Assembly (NCBI GenBank): GCA_963752595.1
Contig: CAVVYZ010000002.1
Location: 288,001-352,000, forward strand
DNA: 64,000 bases
Direction of reading: 5' to 3'
Source: an uncultured delta proteobacterium
Lineage (GTDB): Bacteria > Desulfobacterota > Desulfomonilia > UBA1062
Made by a program: the position numbers and the translations under genes
Notes under the pieces: generated by a model
The model's database searches: none
What the model saw: the letters and a program-made list of their open reading frames with translations, nothing else
What the model was told of the DNA's origin: nothing
Part shown: positions 29,641 through 38,686 of the stretch, piece by piece
How the letters are laid out: every line of letters starts with the position of its first letter
How positions within the stretch are numbered: position 1 is the first letter of the stretch

Positions 29641-31811
29641 CGTGTCTCCTTTTCTCCTTCCTCATAGCTGTCCCCTGTGCTGCAGCAGTCCTGGATGTGG
29701 AGGCTGAGAACGTCCAGAAGCAGGGGCAAAGGGTCGAGGCGTTCGGAAATGTGATCATCAGCGGGCAGGATATCACGCTGAAATCGAATTATGTAGTCTA
29801 TGATACCCTTACCGAGGATATCTGGGCGGCAGGAAATGTCTTTCTCAAAGAAAAAGGCGGGGAGATCACTGCCGAGAGCCTCTATTACAACACAAAGAGA
29901 AAGGATGTCCGCCTGGAGCAGGGCTCCATCTTTGTCTATGCCGAACCGGTCATCATCTCGGGAAAATCGATCACCCGCTACGGAGAAGATGAGTATGAGG
30001 GCGACGATATCGTGTTTACCCCGTGCCTGGGAGACAAGCCCGCGTGGTCCATTGCAGCCGGCAGTTTCGAAGCCCCTTTGGAAAAATACGGGCATGCGGC
30101 CCATGCGAGGTTCCAGATCAGAGATCTCCCTATCTTCTATCTCCCCTACCTCTATTTCCCGGTCAAGCTGCAGAGGCAATCCGGACTTCTTATGCCCTCT
30201 TTCAGCAATTCAACCGATTACGGCTACCGGGCAGGGGTACCACTCTATCTGGTGCTCGGACGAAGCGCAGATGCGACTGTCACACCCATGAATCTCTCCA
30301 GCAGGGGCCTGCTCCTGACAGGAGAGTTCCGGTATCGCCTCAGCGAGCAGGAGGATGGGGGGCTTTACCTCGAAGGCCTGATGAGCGACAAGAAAAGCGG
30401 TGAAGAGCTTCCGGGAAGTGTTCTTGGAACGATTCCCGACAGCAGATGGCTTTTCAGGGCTTACCAGGCCGGCGGAAACCTGACCTGGGATGTCAAGCTC
30501 GCCAGCAACCCGGACTATTTCAGGGACATAGGCTCTTTCTACGCCGACGAGGCAGTCTGGAGGGATTTCTACACCAACGAGCCGGACGACGACCTCGAGG
30601 AGCTCGTTTCACGGGCTCAGTGGAACGTGCAGCGGAAAGGTTTTACAGCCAACATCTCCGGCATATGGACCCAGGATCTTACTGCTCAAAATGATGACAG
30701 GACATTGCAGGAACTCCCGAGGATAGCCCTGAGGACGAATCAACGTAAAATTTCCAAGACTCCGGTATTCATAACCTCGGAGCTGAACTCGGTACATATC
30801 TATTCACTCGACTGGGTCCAGGCCCTCAAGAACGATGCGCAGGTCGGCTTCTCGCTTCCCCTGTCCTATTTCCCTTTTTTCACGCTCATGCCTTCATTTA
30901 CCCAGTACTATCGCGATACATACATCAACGACAACCCGGATCTCTTCCAGAGCGATGCTATCCGGAATCTCTGGGAGAACAGGGATAGTTCCCTTACCAG
31001 CCTCTACAATTCTCAGTTCTTCGGCGACAACCCCGGCATTCTCGAAGACGACACATACCGTGAACTCTGGCAGAGGCGGGAGGTCTCTCTCACCACCACA
31101 CTCTACAGCCAGAGATTTTTGGGCGGGTTGTACCACCAGATAGCCCCGAGCATATCATGGACTCATTTCTCCCGCGTTGGTGGGAACTACGATCCCGGCG
31201 ATGTGGAAGACGTCTTTCCTGAATTCTTACCTGAAGATGACTGGAACAAGGAATTCCAGATGCGGATAGCCATCGAGAATTACATCAGAAACTCCTCCGG
31301 ATGGCCGCTGGCTGATTTTTCGTTGAGCCGCGTATATGATTATCTGATAAGGGAATGGGATTACTATGAGGCCAATATCGTGCTCCAGCCTGTTCCCTGG
31401 TTTACTGCCAGGCATTTCAACAGGTTCGGCCGAGAACCGCACCCTTATGCCACCATCGAGCATTGGAGCCGGCTGACGGTTCGCGATGCGAGGGATGATG
31501 AGCTCTATGCAGCGGAAGAGTACAACAAGGTGGATACCAAATCCGCCCTCATGGGCATGAAGGTGAACCTTGTTAAGGGCTTGTCTGCCCGCTTCGAGCT
31601 CGAGTATGATTTCCTGGACGACAGGGTCGAGAACTCCCGGCAGGCGCTTACCTATACTGCCCAGTGCTGGAGCGTGGACTTCTATCGGGAGGTCGAGCCT
31701 AGTGAAGATAGCACCCCCAGGGAAACAACCATCGGAGTTGCCGCCAATCTTCTGGGAATTGGACAAGTGGTTCGCACAAAACGAAGCATGACAGGATCAA
31801 GCGGACAGTGA
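29625..31811 (+). CDS. lptD: LPS-assembly outer-membrane protein LptD
   Basis: Signal peptide from ATG 29625, beta-taco region, FTPC..PAWSI, PIFYLPY..RQSGLLMP, C-terminal YTAQCWS. Confidence 0.85.
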   Translation: MYRILACLLFSFLIAVPCAAAVLDVEAENVQKQGQRVEAFGNVIISGQDITLKSNYVVYDTLTEDIWAAGNVFLKEKGGEITAESLYYNTKRKDVRLEQGSIFVYAEPVIISGKSITRYGEDEYEGDDIVFTPCLGDKPAWSIAAGSFEAPLEKYGHAAHARFQIRDLPIFYLPYLYFPVKLQRQSGLLMPSFSNSTDYGYRAGVPLYLVLGRSADATVTPMNLSSRGLLLTGEFRYRLSEQEDGGLYLEGLMSDKKSGEELPGSVLGTIPDSRWLFRAYQAGGNLTWDVKLASNPDYFRDIGSFYADEAVWRDFYTNEPDDDLEELVSRAQWNVQRKGFTANISGIWTQDLTAQNDDRTLQELPRIALRTNQRKISKTPVFITSELNSVHIYSLDWVQALKNDAQVGFSLPLSYFPFFTLMPSFTQYYRDTYINDNPDLFQSDAIRNLWENRDSSLTSLYNSQFFGDNPGILEDDTYRELWQRREVSLTTTLYSQRFLGGLYHQIAPSISWTHFSRVGGNYDPGDVEDVFPEFLPEDDWNKEFQMRIAIENYIRNSSGWPLADFSLSRVYDYLIREWDYYEANIVLQPVPWFTARHFNRFGREPHPYATIEHWSRLTVRDARDDELYAAEEYNKVDTKSALMGMKVNLVKGLSARFELEYDFLDDRVENSRQALTYTAQCWSVDFYREVEPSEDSTPRETTIGVAANLLGIGQVVRTKRSMTGSSGQ

Positions 31812-32449
31812 TACCCACAAGGCAGTGGATTTATCGTCTCATGGAGCAGAAACGGATGCCCCTCCATATCATCCGGCACAGCTGCATGGTAAGGATGGCG
31901 GGGGTAATGCTGGCAAACGCCCTCCGGGAGGCCGGGTGCGATATCGATCTCAAGATAGTGGACAGGGCTGCCCTCCTTCATGACATCTGCAAGATGGACT
32001 CTCTGACGATCGGCGGTGATCACGCTGCAATGGGGCGGCAACTGATGGAAAGCCACGGATACCAACGCATCGGAGAGGTTATCGGACAGCACATCCGGCT
32101 TCAAACGATAGAGCCTGGCGAGCCGATGATTGTCAACTATGCGGACAAGAGGGTTATGCATGATCGCGTGGTATCCCTGGAAAGGCGCTTCCTCGACCTT
32201 ATGGACAGGTACGGCACAAGCGAGCAGAGCATGCTGCGCATCCTGAGCCACTACATGCTTGCCTCCGAGATGGAACGGGTTCTTATAAAGGTTTCGGGTA
32301 TTGATCCTTCGATTCTTGAGAACTTAAATCTGATACCGGGAGATCACGCGTTCTATGCTGTTGATGGTCTCCTGAGTCAGAACGGCACGGTTGAAGAGCA
32401 GGATCATCACGTAAATCTTGAAAGGGTACACGAGGACGAGCCGGTTTAG
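31808..32449 (+). CDS. HD-domain phosphohydrolase
   Basis: HIIRHS, AALLHDICK, DHAAMG, QHI, YADKRV. Confidence 0.85.
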   Translation: MIPTRQWIYRLMEQKRMPLHIIRHSCMVRMAGVMLANALREAGCDIDLKIVDRAALLHDICKMDSLTIGGDHAAMGRQLMESHGYQRIGEVIGQHIRLQTIEPGEPMIVNYADKRVMHDRVVSLERRFLDLMDRYGTSEQSMLRILSHYMLASEMERVLIKVSGIDPSILENLNLIPGDHAFYAVDGLLSQNGTVEEQDHHVNLERVHEDEPV

Positions 32450-33397
32450 GTCTATGAACGAGACTTTCTTCGGTGTCGAAGAAACGATTTCTCCGAGATT
32501 TTCCGCGAGATTCAGGAAGAACTTCGTAACCATGGGAAGATCTATCTCGTTTGTGATCCCGCCACTCTGGTACAGAACCTCGTTTTCGGATGTGATGACA
32601 GCGATCCCGCTGCATTCCGGAAGCGAAGAGAGGTTCTTTACTGCAATCCGGGTCGACTCATCAATAGATGCCGCCCCTGCGTCATCGACGTCATCGCCCT
32701 TCTCCAGAGCGAGGGTCATCTCGTCAGCCTTTCTCATGCCTTCTATGAGGAGGTATTCCCAATTTGTATTGATGCTCATCCTCGGTGCTTTTGCCCCGCC
32801 GACGAAGCGGAAGCTCCCGCTGGCCCAGGAGAGGATACTGAAGAGCGCTTCTTCTCCTTCGATGGCTCCGACCTGGGCATGGGTGATCTGTCCGTCGTCG
32901 AAATAGATACACCCCTCGCGGTCGCCCTTGCTTACATACAACGCAGTTGTTATCTGACTCAGGCAGTTCATCTGGATGAGATCCGGCAGCTGCAGGCCTG
33001 TTATACTCCCATCAAAGCCGCGAACCGAGCCCTCGTTGAGGGCTTTGAGGATGAGTTCCCTCATCTGGTCAATCTCGAACGGCTTTTCGATATAGAACAA
33101 AGAGCCCCTTGCTTTAGCCTTTGCCTTGATCTCTGACGATCCGTAGGCTGTCATGATGATGACCTTAGTAGAAGGCCTTTTCTCCTTGATCTTCATAAGA
33201 ACATCGAGACCGTTGATTCCGGGCAGACGGATATCGAGCACTACCACGTCGAATGGCTTTTCCCTGATGAGAGCCAACGCCTCTTCCCCGGAGTTGGAGG
33301 TGGTTACCATATAGGTCTCGCGGTCGCTTGCCAATGATTTTGCAAGTGACCAGGTCAGCGTCTCTTCGTCATCAACGATTAATACCTGTTTATGCAT
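32324..33397 (-). CDS. Response regulator: receiver + DUF4388 + roadblock-like C-terminal domain
   Basis: VLIVDDE, LDIRLPGINGL, MTAYG, EKPF; FDGSITGLQLPDLIQM..EGCIYFDDGQITHA..GEEAL..W..GSF..NWEYLLIEGMRKADE. Confidence 0.85.
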   Translation of the reverse strand: MHKQVLIVDDEETLTWSLAKSLASDRETYMVTTSNSGEEALALIREKPFDVVVLDIRLPGINGLDVLMKIKEKRPSTKVIIMTAYGSSEIKAKAKARGSLFYIEKPFEIDQMRELILKALNEGSVRGFDGSITGLQLPDLIQMNCLSQITTALYVSKGDREGCIYFDDGQITHAQVGAIEGEEALFSILSWASGSFRFVGGAKAPRMSINTNWEYLLIEGMRKADEMTLALEKGDDVDDAGAASIDESTRIAVKNLSSLPECSGIAVITSENEVLYQSGGITNEIDLPMVTKFFLNLAENLGEIVSSTPKKVSFIDLNRLVLVYPFKIYVMILLFNRAVLTQETINSIERVISRYQI

Positions 33398-33398
33398 C

Positions 33399-34148
33399 TT
33401 ATCTGCTCCCGAGCTTTTCAAGGGCTAATATAAGGGATGTCTTGAGCCGGAAGAACGAGTCCGAAAGGCTCACCATGACTTTCCCCCCGGATCTGGGGAG
33501 CTCTTTATCAAAATTTCCTAGACTGAGCTGCTCGAATGCCTTTGCAGCCCTGGTAACGGGCATGGTCAGGATGAAGACGATGATCAGGGACAACACAACG
33601 GCGCATGCCAACCCCCCTGCCACATAGAATATCAGAATGGTCGTGATGGACCGGGTATTGCGCTGTATCTGGTCGTTCTGCTCCGAAATAAGGCCTCTCT
33701 CCCACTCCTTGGGCTTGAAGCCGATAATCGTGCTGTTTTCGGGCAGAGGAGAGAGGGCGATCATGTAATTTTTCGTTTTTACCGTCTCATCCCGGCCTTT
33801 TTTCATGGCATCGATAACCGGTGATGCCTGATCCAGGAGTTGGGGAATCTTGTAGAGGCTCATCCCGGCATGCCTCTGGTCGGTGGATGATTTGATGGTA
33901 AGGCTTGTATTGTCCACGATCAGGATTTCTCCCCACGATGAAGGGAGCGGCATCCGGCCAAGCTTCTCGAGATCGACATTTTTCATCGACCAGGCAAGTA
34001 TGCCGGTATTCTCGATGTAGAGCTTGTTTTCCAGAACACCCAGACGAAGGTTTTTGATCGTCTGCATCTGCAGGTAGATAAGAAGAGCCGAGCAGAACAG
34101 GAGAACCATGAAACTCAAGAAGGTTACGAGGAACGTCTTTGTTCTCAT
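33399..34148 (-). CDS. Membrane protein with extracytoplasmic Cache-like region and terminal HAMP, no output domain
   Basis: Two transmembrane segments; the protein ends after PVTRAAKAFEQLSLGNFD..LSDSFFRLKTSL. Confidence 0.7.
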   Translation of the reverse strand: MRTKTFLVTFLSFMVLLFCSALLIYLQMQTIKNLRLGVLENKLYIENTGILAWSMKNVDLEKLGRMPLPSSWGEILIVDNTSLTIKSSTDQRHAGMSLYKIPQLLDQASPVIDAMKKGRDETVKTKNYMIALSPLPENSTIIGFKPKEWERGLISEQNDQIQRNTRSITTILIFYVAGGLACAVVLSLIIVFILTMPVTRAAKAFEQLSLGNFDKELPRSGGKVMVSLSDSFFRLKTSLILALEKLGSR

Positions 34149-34151
34149 GGA

Positions 34152-34961
34152 TTATGCTCCCTCCGTGTTTATCCAGTCCGTCATGGTGTCAAGAAACTGT
34201 AACGACATGGACTCGCTCGGTATCTTGCTCGATATCGTCTCTATGAGTGCGGCCTTCTGGCCGGCGTCGTCCGAGAGGAGGTCGACGCCCATCTCCTTTG
34301 CCGTATCCAGGATCACGAAGGGTGCTATAGGCCCGATCGCTTTGGTGAGGTCTTTTCCCAATGCATTGAGAAAAGAAGTCTCGGGCAGTCTTCCGGAGCC
34401 TTGAGAGATCTCCGTCTCCGATGTGCTTGCATCCCTGAGCAGGCCTGCCTTGATCAGCGTATAAAAAATTTTCATGGTATCCGATACGCCGAAGCCGATT
34501 TTCTGTGCGATGTCGGCTATGGATTTTTTCCCATCGATCTGTACCAGGGCTTTCCATTGAACGGACTTGATCAGGACTTCCTTATCCTTTAGATCCGGGT
34601 CGAGCTCATACACTTCCGAACTCGAAGAGATCAGGGAGGTAATGCGATCCATCTGGCGGATGCGATTTGCTGCCTCAGCCAGAATTTCATCCACCGGTAT
34701 GTCAACACTCACGATATCCGGTGTGTCATCCACGAAGAACCGGTATTCTCCCGAGGTCCATATCGCGAGCTCGTAAATGGCTTTTATCCCTTGCAGGGCT
34801 CCGCATTGTGCATGAATGATCTCGCCGTCCCTGAAGAAGATATTGCCGGTTTCTCCGCCGTTATTTAAAAAAAGCTTTCCGGAGCGTTTGCCCAGAGAGA
34901 GGATCTTGATTATCTCCGAACATCGGGTGTTCTCAAGACCACCACTGATATCCTGGCCCAT
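34152..34961 (-). CDS. DUF4388 domain protein with winged helix and C-terminal helical domain
   Basis: ISGGL..SEIIKIL..RSGKL..GNIFFRDGEIIHA..W..GEYRF; IDGKKSIADIA..TLIKAGLL; IGPIAPFVI. Confidence 0.8.
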   Translation of the reverse strand: MGQDISGGLENTRCSEIIKILSLGKRSGKLFLNNGGETGNIFFRDGEIIHAQCGALQGIKAIYELAIWTSGEYRFFVDDTPDIVSVDIPVDEILAEAANRIRQMDRITSLISSSSEVYELDPDLKDKEVLIKSVQWKALVQIDGKKSIADIAQKIGFGVSDTMKIFYTLIKAGLLRDASTSETEISQGSGRLPETSFLNALGKDLTKAIGPIAPFVILDTAKEMGVDLLSDDAGQKAALIETISSKIPSESMSLQFLDTMTDWINTEGA

Positions 34962-35288
34962 TCAGTTCATCTCCTTCACAATATTCGCAATGACCAGCTT
35001 GCCTGTCATCCTCACCAATGCGAGATTGACCCGGGGGTTCGATAACACCATCAGCATGATCATGCCGTTTATGAAAATCGTCAGCACCATATCGTCGAGG
35101 AAAATCTCTACGATATTACCGGGCCTTTTCTTTGTCTGAACGAGATCCTCGTAGAGCTGCTTGATCCGGCCTTTCGAACCTGCAAACCTGTGCATGGAGG
35201 GGAGCTTCATCTGGATGTTCTTCTGATTTGCAATGACATACCCCTGGACGCCGGACAGCTTGATAAGATCTTTTATCGTACCCTTCAT
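34962..35288 (-). CDS. Roadblock/LC7-like small protein
   Basis: IKDLIKLSGVQGYVI .. LMVLSNPRVNLALVRM, a typical roadblock/MglB pattern. Confidence 0.65.
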   Translation of the reverse strand: MKGTIKDLIKLSGVQGYVIANQKNIQMKLPSMHRFAGSKGRIKQLYEDLVQTKKRPGNIVEIFLDDMVLTIFINGMIMLMVLSNPRVNLALVRMTGKLVIANIVKEMN

Positions 35289-35393
35289 ATTGCCCTATCT
35301 ATCGGCCAAACATATGCGATTCTTTACCATATTGAAAACAATTCTTGACCTTCAAGCTTTATATGATAAGTCCGATAATATGGGTATAAAGAT

Positions 35394-35684
35394 GTGCCAC
35401 AAGGAGCAGGGATGCGATATATTCGTAACATATTCAATAAGCTGATCGAAATGTTCACTATACAGTTCAGTTTCCTTGAGAAAAAAAGCTTGAGAACCAT
35501 TGATCTGTCGGATCTGTTCAACGAGGATCTTGAATCCATCCCCGAGCTTGAGATCATGACTGACGATTTCAAGAGTTTTTCCTCTACGGATGATTACAAC
35601 AAGGAATTTCTCTGCGTGTTTCAGAATTTCAAACGGGTTTTCGTCCTCGACCATTCTCACGGAGACGGTCATTTCCGAGTATAG
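35394..35684 (+). CDS. Hypothetical protein
   Basis: 96-aa ORF; AAGGAG precedes the internal ATG at 35412. Confidence 0.45.
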   Translation: MPQGAGMRYIRNIFNKLIEMFTIQFSFLEKKSLRTIDLSDLFNEDLESIPELEIMTDDFKSFSSTDDYNKEFLCVFQNFKRVFVLDHSHGDGHFRV

Positions 35685-35848
35685 AAATCCTTTAAACAGA
35701 TACAGCCCGCTAATAATCCGTTTGTTCAGAAGCTCCTGTCACGGTAAAGATTATAGGCACTCTCCGATTTCCCCTTGTGTTGACTGAAGATATTTTCTAT
35801 AAAGCCAGGCAGTCTGTCTGACTGAAATACATGTGCCGGGTGGTAGCG

Positions 35849-36418
35849 ATGGAGGACCGTATCCAGGAGATTATCGAGGAGAGCCTGAGGCTCCACGGCC
35901 GGCTCAGTGTGATCGTGCCCATGATCGGTCGCGCCGCCGCTCTGATGTCTGCAGCCCTTGCCAGGGGAAACAAGATCATGTTTGCCGGCAATGGAGGATC
36001 TGCTTCCGATGCCCAGCACCTCGCAGCCGAGCTTGTCAACCGCTTTCGGAAAGAAAGGCAGCCTCTCGCAGGTCTCGCGCTCACAACGGATACGTCGATC
36101 CTGACAGCGATCGGCAACGATTATGCTTTCGATGATATTTTTTCAAAACAGATCAGGGCTCTGGGCAGGGAAGGCGATGTATTCGTGGGCATTTCCACGA
36201 GCGGTAATTCGCGCAACATCGTCAAGGCCATGGATGATGCCCGGGCAATGGGCATCCTGACCGTCGCCCTTAGCGGTGAAGGAGGGGTGATGAAGGAAAA
36301 GGCGGACCTTGCCATTGCGGTTCCTGACGGGAATACGCCCAGGGTCCAGGAAGTGCACATCCTCATCGGGCACATCCTGTGCGAGCTCATTGAAAATGAA
36401 TCTTTGAAGTCGGTTTGA
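35849..36418 (+). CDS. gmhA: Phosphoheptose isomerase
   Basis: GNGGSASDAQH, TAIGNDY, ISTSGNS, RVQEVH. Confidence 0.96.
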   Translation: MEDRIQEIIEESLRLHGRLSVIVPMIGRAAALMSAALARGNKIMFAGNGGSASDAQHLAAELVNRFRKERQPLAGLALTTDTSILTAIGNDYAFDDIFSKQIRALGREGDVFVGISTSGNSRNIVKAMDDARAMGILTVALSGEGGVMKEKADLAIAVPDGNTPRVQEVHILIGHILCELIENESLKSV

Positions 36419-36443
36419 CATCGAAACAAAGAGAGACTACTAT
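36415..36443 (+). promoter_or_regulatory. Sigma70 promoter of ssrA
   Basis: TTGACA, 17-bp spacer, TACTAT, ending 10 bp before the tmRNA 5' end. Confidence 0.8.
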
Positions 36444-36453
36444 CAATAAACCC

Positions 36454-36808
36454 GGGGGCGTATTGGGTTCGACGGGGGTAGTTGAGGCGCAAGGAGCATG
36501 TCGAGGTCTGCTCCCTCGTAAAACAGGCAGAAACACTACAAGTGCCGACGATTATTCATACGCACTGGCTGCTTAGCGCAGCCCATCTCTGCATCAGCCC
36601 GCCTATCGGCTGATACGGGGGTGTCAAATTAAGATAGGCAACCCTGACGGCTGTGGCCCCTTCGGACGCCGGGGTATTTACAGGGGATGGAACACGGGAG
36701 GCCTGTCTATGGGCAGATCGTGTTCAAAGCTTTGTACATAGACTAAACATGTAGCTGCCTTGTGCTGAAGATCTTCGGACGGGGGTTCGATTCCCCCCGC
36801 CTCCACCA
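36454..36808 (+). ncRNA. ssrA: tmRNA (transfer-messenger RNA), tag (A)ADDYSYALAA
   Basis: 5' GGGGGCG pairs with 3' CGCCTCC-ACCA including the G3-U pair; T-arm GGGGGTTCGATTCCCCC; tag ORF GCC(36544)..TAG(36576); length 355 nt. Confidence 0.97.
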
Positions 36809-36855
36809 TTAACTTGTTGTAATTATTAGATAAAACCAATTTAGGATGCCCCTAA

Positions 36856-36877
36856 ATTGGTAGCGGATTGGTAGCGG
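36856..36877 (+). repeat. Tandem 11-bp direct repeat, candidate integrase arm-type sites
   Basis: ATTGGTAGCGG twice, about 45 bp from the left att. Confidence 0.55.
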
Positions 36878-36887
36878 GCAACATTGG

Positions 36888-37139
36888 TTATTCAGCACCT
36901 TTCTTGCCCTTTGAAAAGGGTATCACTTTGGCTTTTTTCTTCCTGATAGCTGTCACAACTTCAAACGATCCTTCATTCTCAACTTGGCGGTAACGGTCAA
37001 ACGCCTTGTTTGTCAATCCTGATGCAACCCTTGCCTTATCAGTACCAAGCATCTTTGCTGTTTCCGTTGCCGTGGTATGCTTCGTTCCAGGATATAGCGG
37101 AACATCTCTTAAACCTACCTCATTTGCAGCTCTAATTTT
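36888..37139 (-). pseudogene. Tyrosine recombinase/integrase C-terminal remnant
   Basis: Manual translation RAANEVGLRDVPLYPGTKHTTATETAKMLG..SGLTNKAFDRYRQ..GAE* gives a box-II-like LYxGTKH motif and a candidate catalytic Tyr. It has no start and abuts the att. Confidence 0.75.
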
Positions 37140-37562
37140 AAAAGCAATCGAGAATGAACAGCTTAAGGATACACAAAAAAACTTAGATCTACAGAAGAGG
37201 TAGCAGAAACTTTAGAAAAAGATATAGAGGATATTCTTGCTAGAAATTCAAATCTGATTGGGAAAGACTTAAAGTTAGTTGAAAGACAAGTTCCTATAGA
37301 TAGCGGAAGAATAGATCTTATCTATGAACATCTGGGTGGGAGCCTTGTTATTGTAGAAGTTAAGATGAACAAGATTGGGCGTGGAGCTATACAGCAGATT
37401 AATAGTTACATCAAGGAATTTAAAGCTAGAGAACCTAGGAAAAAGATCTTCGGGATTATTATTTGCGCTGGTGTTATGCCAGCCTATGAAGATGAGCTGA
37501 GGAAACAAAAGGGTATTAAGATAATGGTATATGGCTGGGATATAAAAGTTCAGCCATTGTGA
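37140..37562 (+). pseudogene. 5'-truncated NucS/DUF91-like PD-(D/E)XK endonuclease
   Basis: Reading upstream of the 37365 ORF gives LEKDIEDILARN..LKLVERQVPIDSGRIDL..LVIVEVK..GAIQQINSY. Probable shift at the A7 run near 37175. Confidence 0.75.
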
Positions 37563-37666
37563 AAATGGTATAAAACGATTGTTCCCCCTGTATTCTGTGC
37601 AGATTTAATCATGCAAGACGTGGGGGATTAGACACAGAAAACTCCTCAATATATCCAGGCCTTTTA

Positions 37667-38686
37667 TCAAGAACTGCCTGGCAAACTGCCAGCGTGGATC
37701 ATCGATGAGGCTGCCCGCCCACGTGATTCTAGATGATCTTCTAGCCTTGTTCTTATTAGGCTTTCCAAGGTTTTAGTTGCATCTACTTTTAGGTTCACTT
37801 CCCGAACCAAGACATCGAACTGTGCTGCGGCAATGTTTGTCCATCGCTTCGATAGACTTTGGATAAGGGACATGTGGTTGTTAAGTCGTGTTTGCTCGGT
37901 AGTATCGGGTGAATATAGTCTTGGAATAGAGTTTCTTGGTGTTCCACTGAGTGATATGTGTACTTGAAGTGAAGCTGGTCTAAAAAAGGGATGGAGCCAG
38001 TCGTTTGTTGAATTTGGTGGACCTGGCGTGATGGCAGCTTTATTACCTTTTGCTGTACCTACAACATTACAGGAGTGACAGGCTGGAATGAGATTCCATG
38101 GTGAGCAAGAGAGCAGAGGAAATCCTGATTGGGATAGATAGTGATCCAGCTCAGGTGTTCCGATCTCTCCATCACAGTAAGGGCAAATTACCATGGTAGG
38201 GTAGTAGCTGCAAAAGTCATCCTTGTACTTGCTGTTCGTGATGGATCGGTCTCCACCAAACATGTAGCCGTTCCACTTTCTATCCTTATTAGTGCTCAGG
38301 AGTTTATAACACTGCTTAAAGAATTCTTTGACTTCGGTTGCTAACTGGGTGTTGAAGCCAGGCAAGTTATTAAGGTCTTGGAAGTTGCCGCCTGAATAAA
38401 GCATCGCCTCTACTTTGTTCTGACGGCAGAATTCATCATAGAGCGCCTGCCGCGCAACTGGCATTGCCTGGGCGATGGACTTGATTCTGTTCTCCTGTCC
38501 TCCAAGACAAAATTGCCTCACCCATTCTGAATCCAACATGTGCCATACATTCTGAACCCAGGCTGTGTTCACCATGGCTGAATTCAAACCCGGGTCTGCC
38601 AGCGCTTTCAATAGCCTTTTTTGGAGGACAATGATTTTTAAAAGCTGAACCGCGCTCTTCGGTAATTTAACTTGATGTAGTGCCAT
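37667..38686 (-). CDS. HNH endonuclease (PtuB-like); may extend to 37609 via a frameshift
   Basis: CPYCDG..ELDHYLSQSGFPLLSCSPWNLIPACHSCN; overlaps the ATPase 3' end. Confidence 0.88.
   Translation of the reverse strand: MALHQVKLPKSAVQLLKIIVLQKRLLKALADPGLNSAMVNTAWVQNVWHMLDSEWVRQFCLGGQENRIKSIAQAMPVARQALYDEFCRQNKVEAMLYSGGNFQDLNNLPGFNTQLATEVKEFFKQCYKLLSTNKDRKWNGYMFGGDRSITNSKYKDDFCSYYPTMVICPYCDGEIGTPELDHYLSQSGFPLLSCSPWNLIPACHSCNVVGTAKGNKAAITPGPPNSTNDWLHPFFRPASLQVHISLSGTPRNSIPRLYSPDTTEQTRLNNHMSLIQSLSKRWTNIAAAQFDVLVREVNLKVDATKTLESLIRTRLEDHLESRGRAASSMIHAGSLPGSS

Noticed and set aside
32324-32449. 126-bp convergent overlap between the HD gene and the response regulator
   Set aside because: The HD tail beyond the domain looks like simple read-through to the next stop, with no sign of function.
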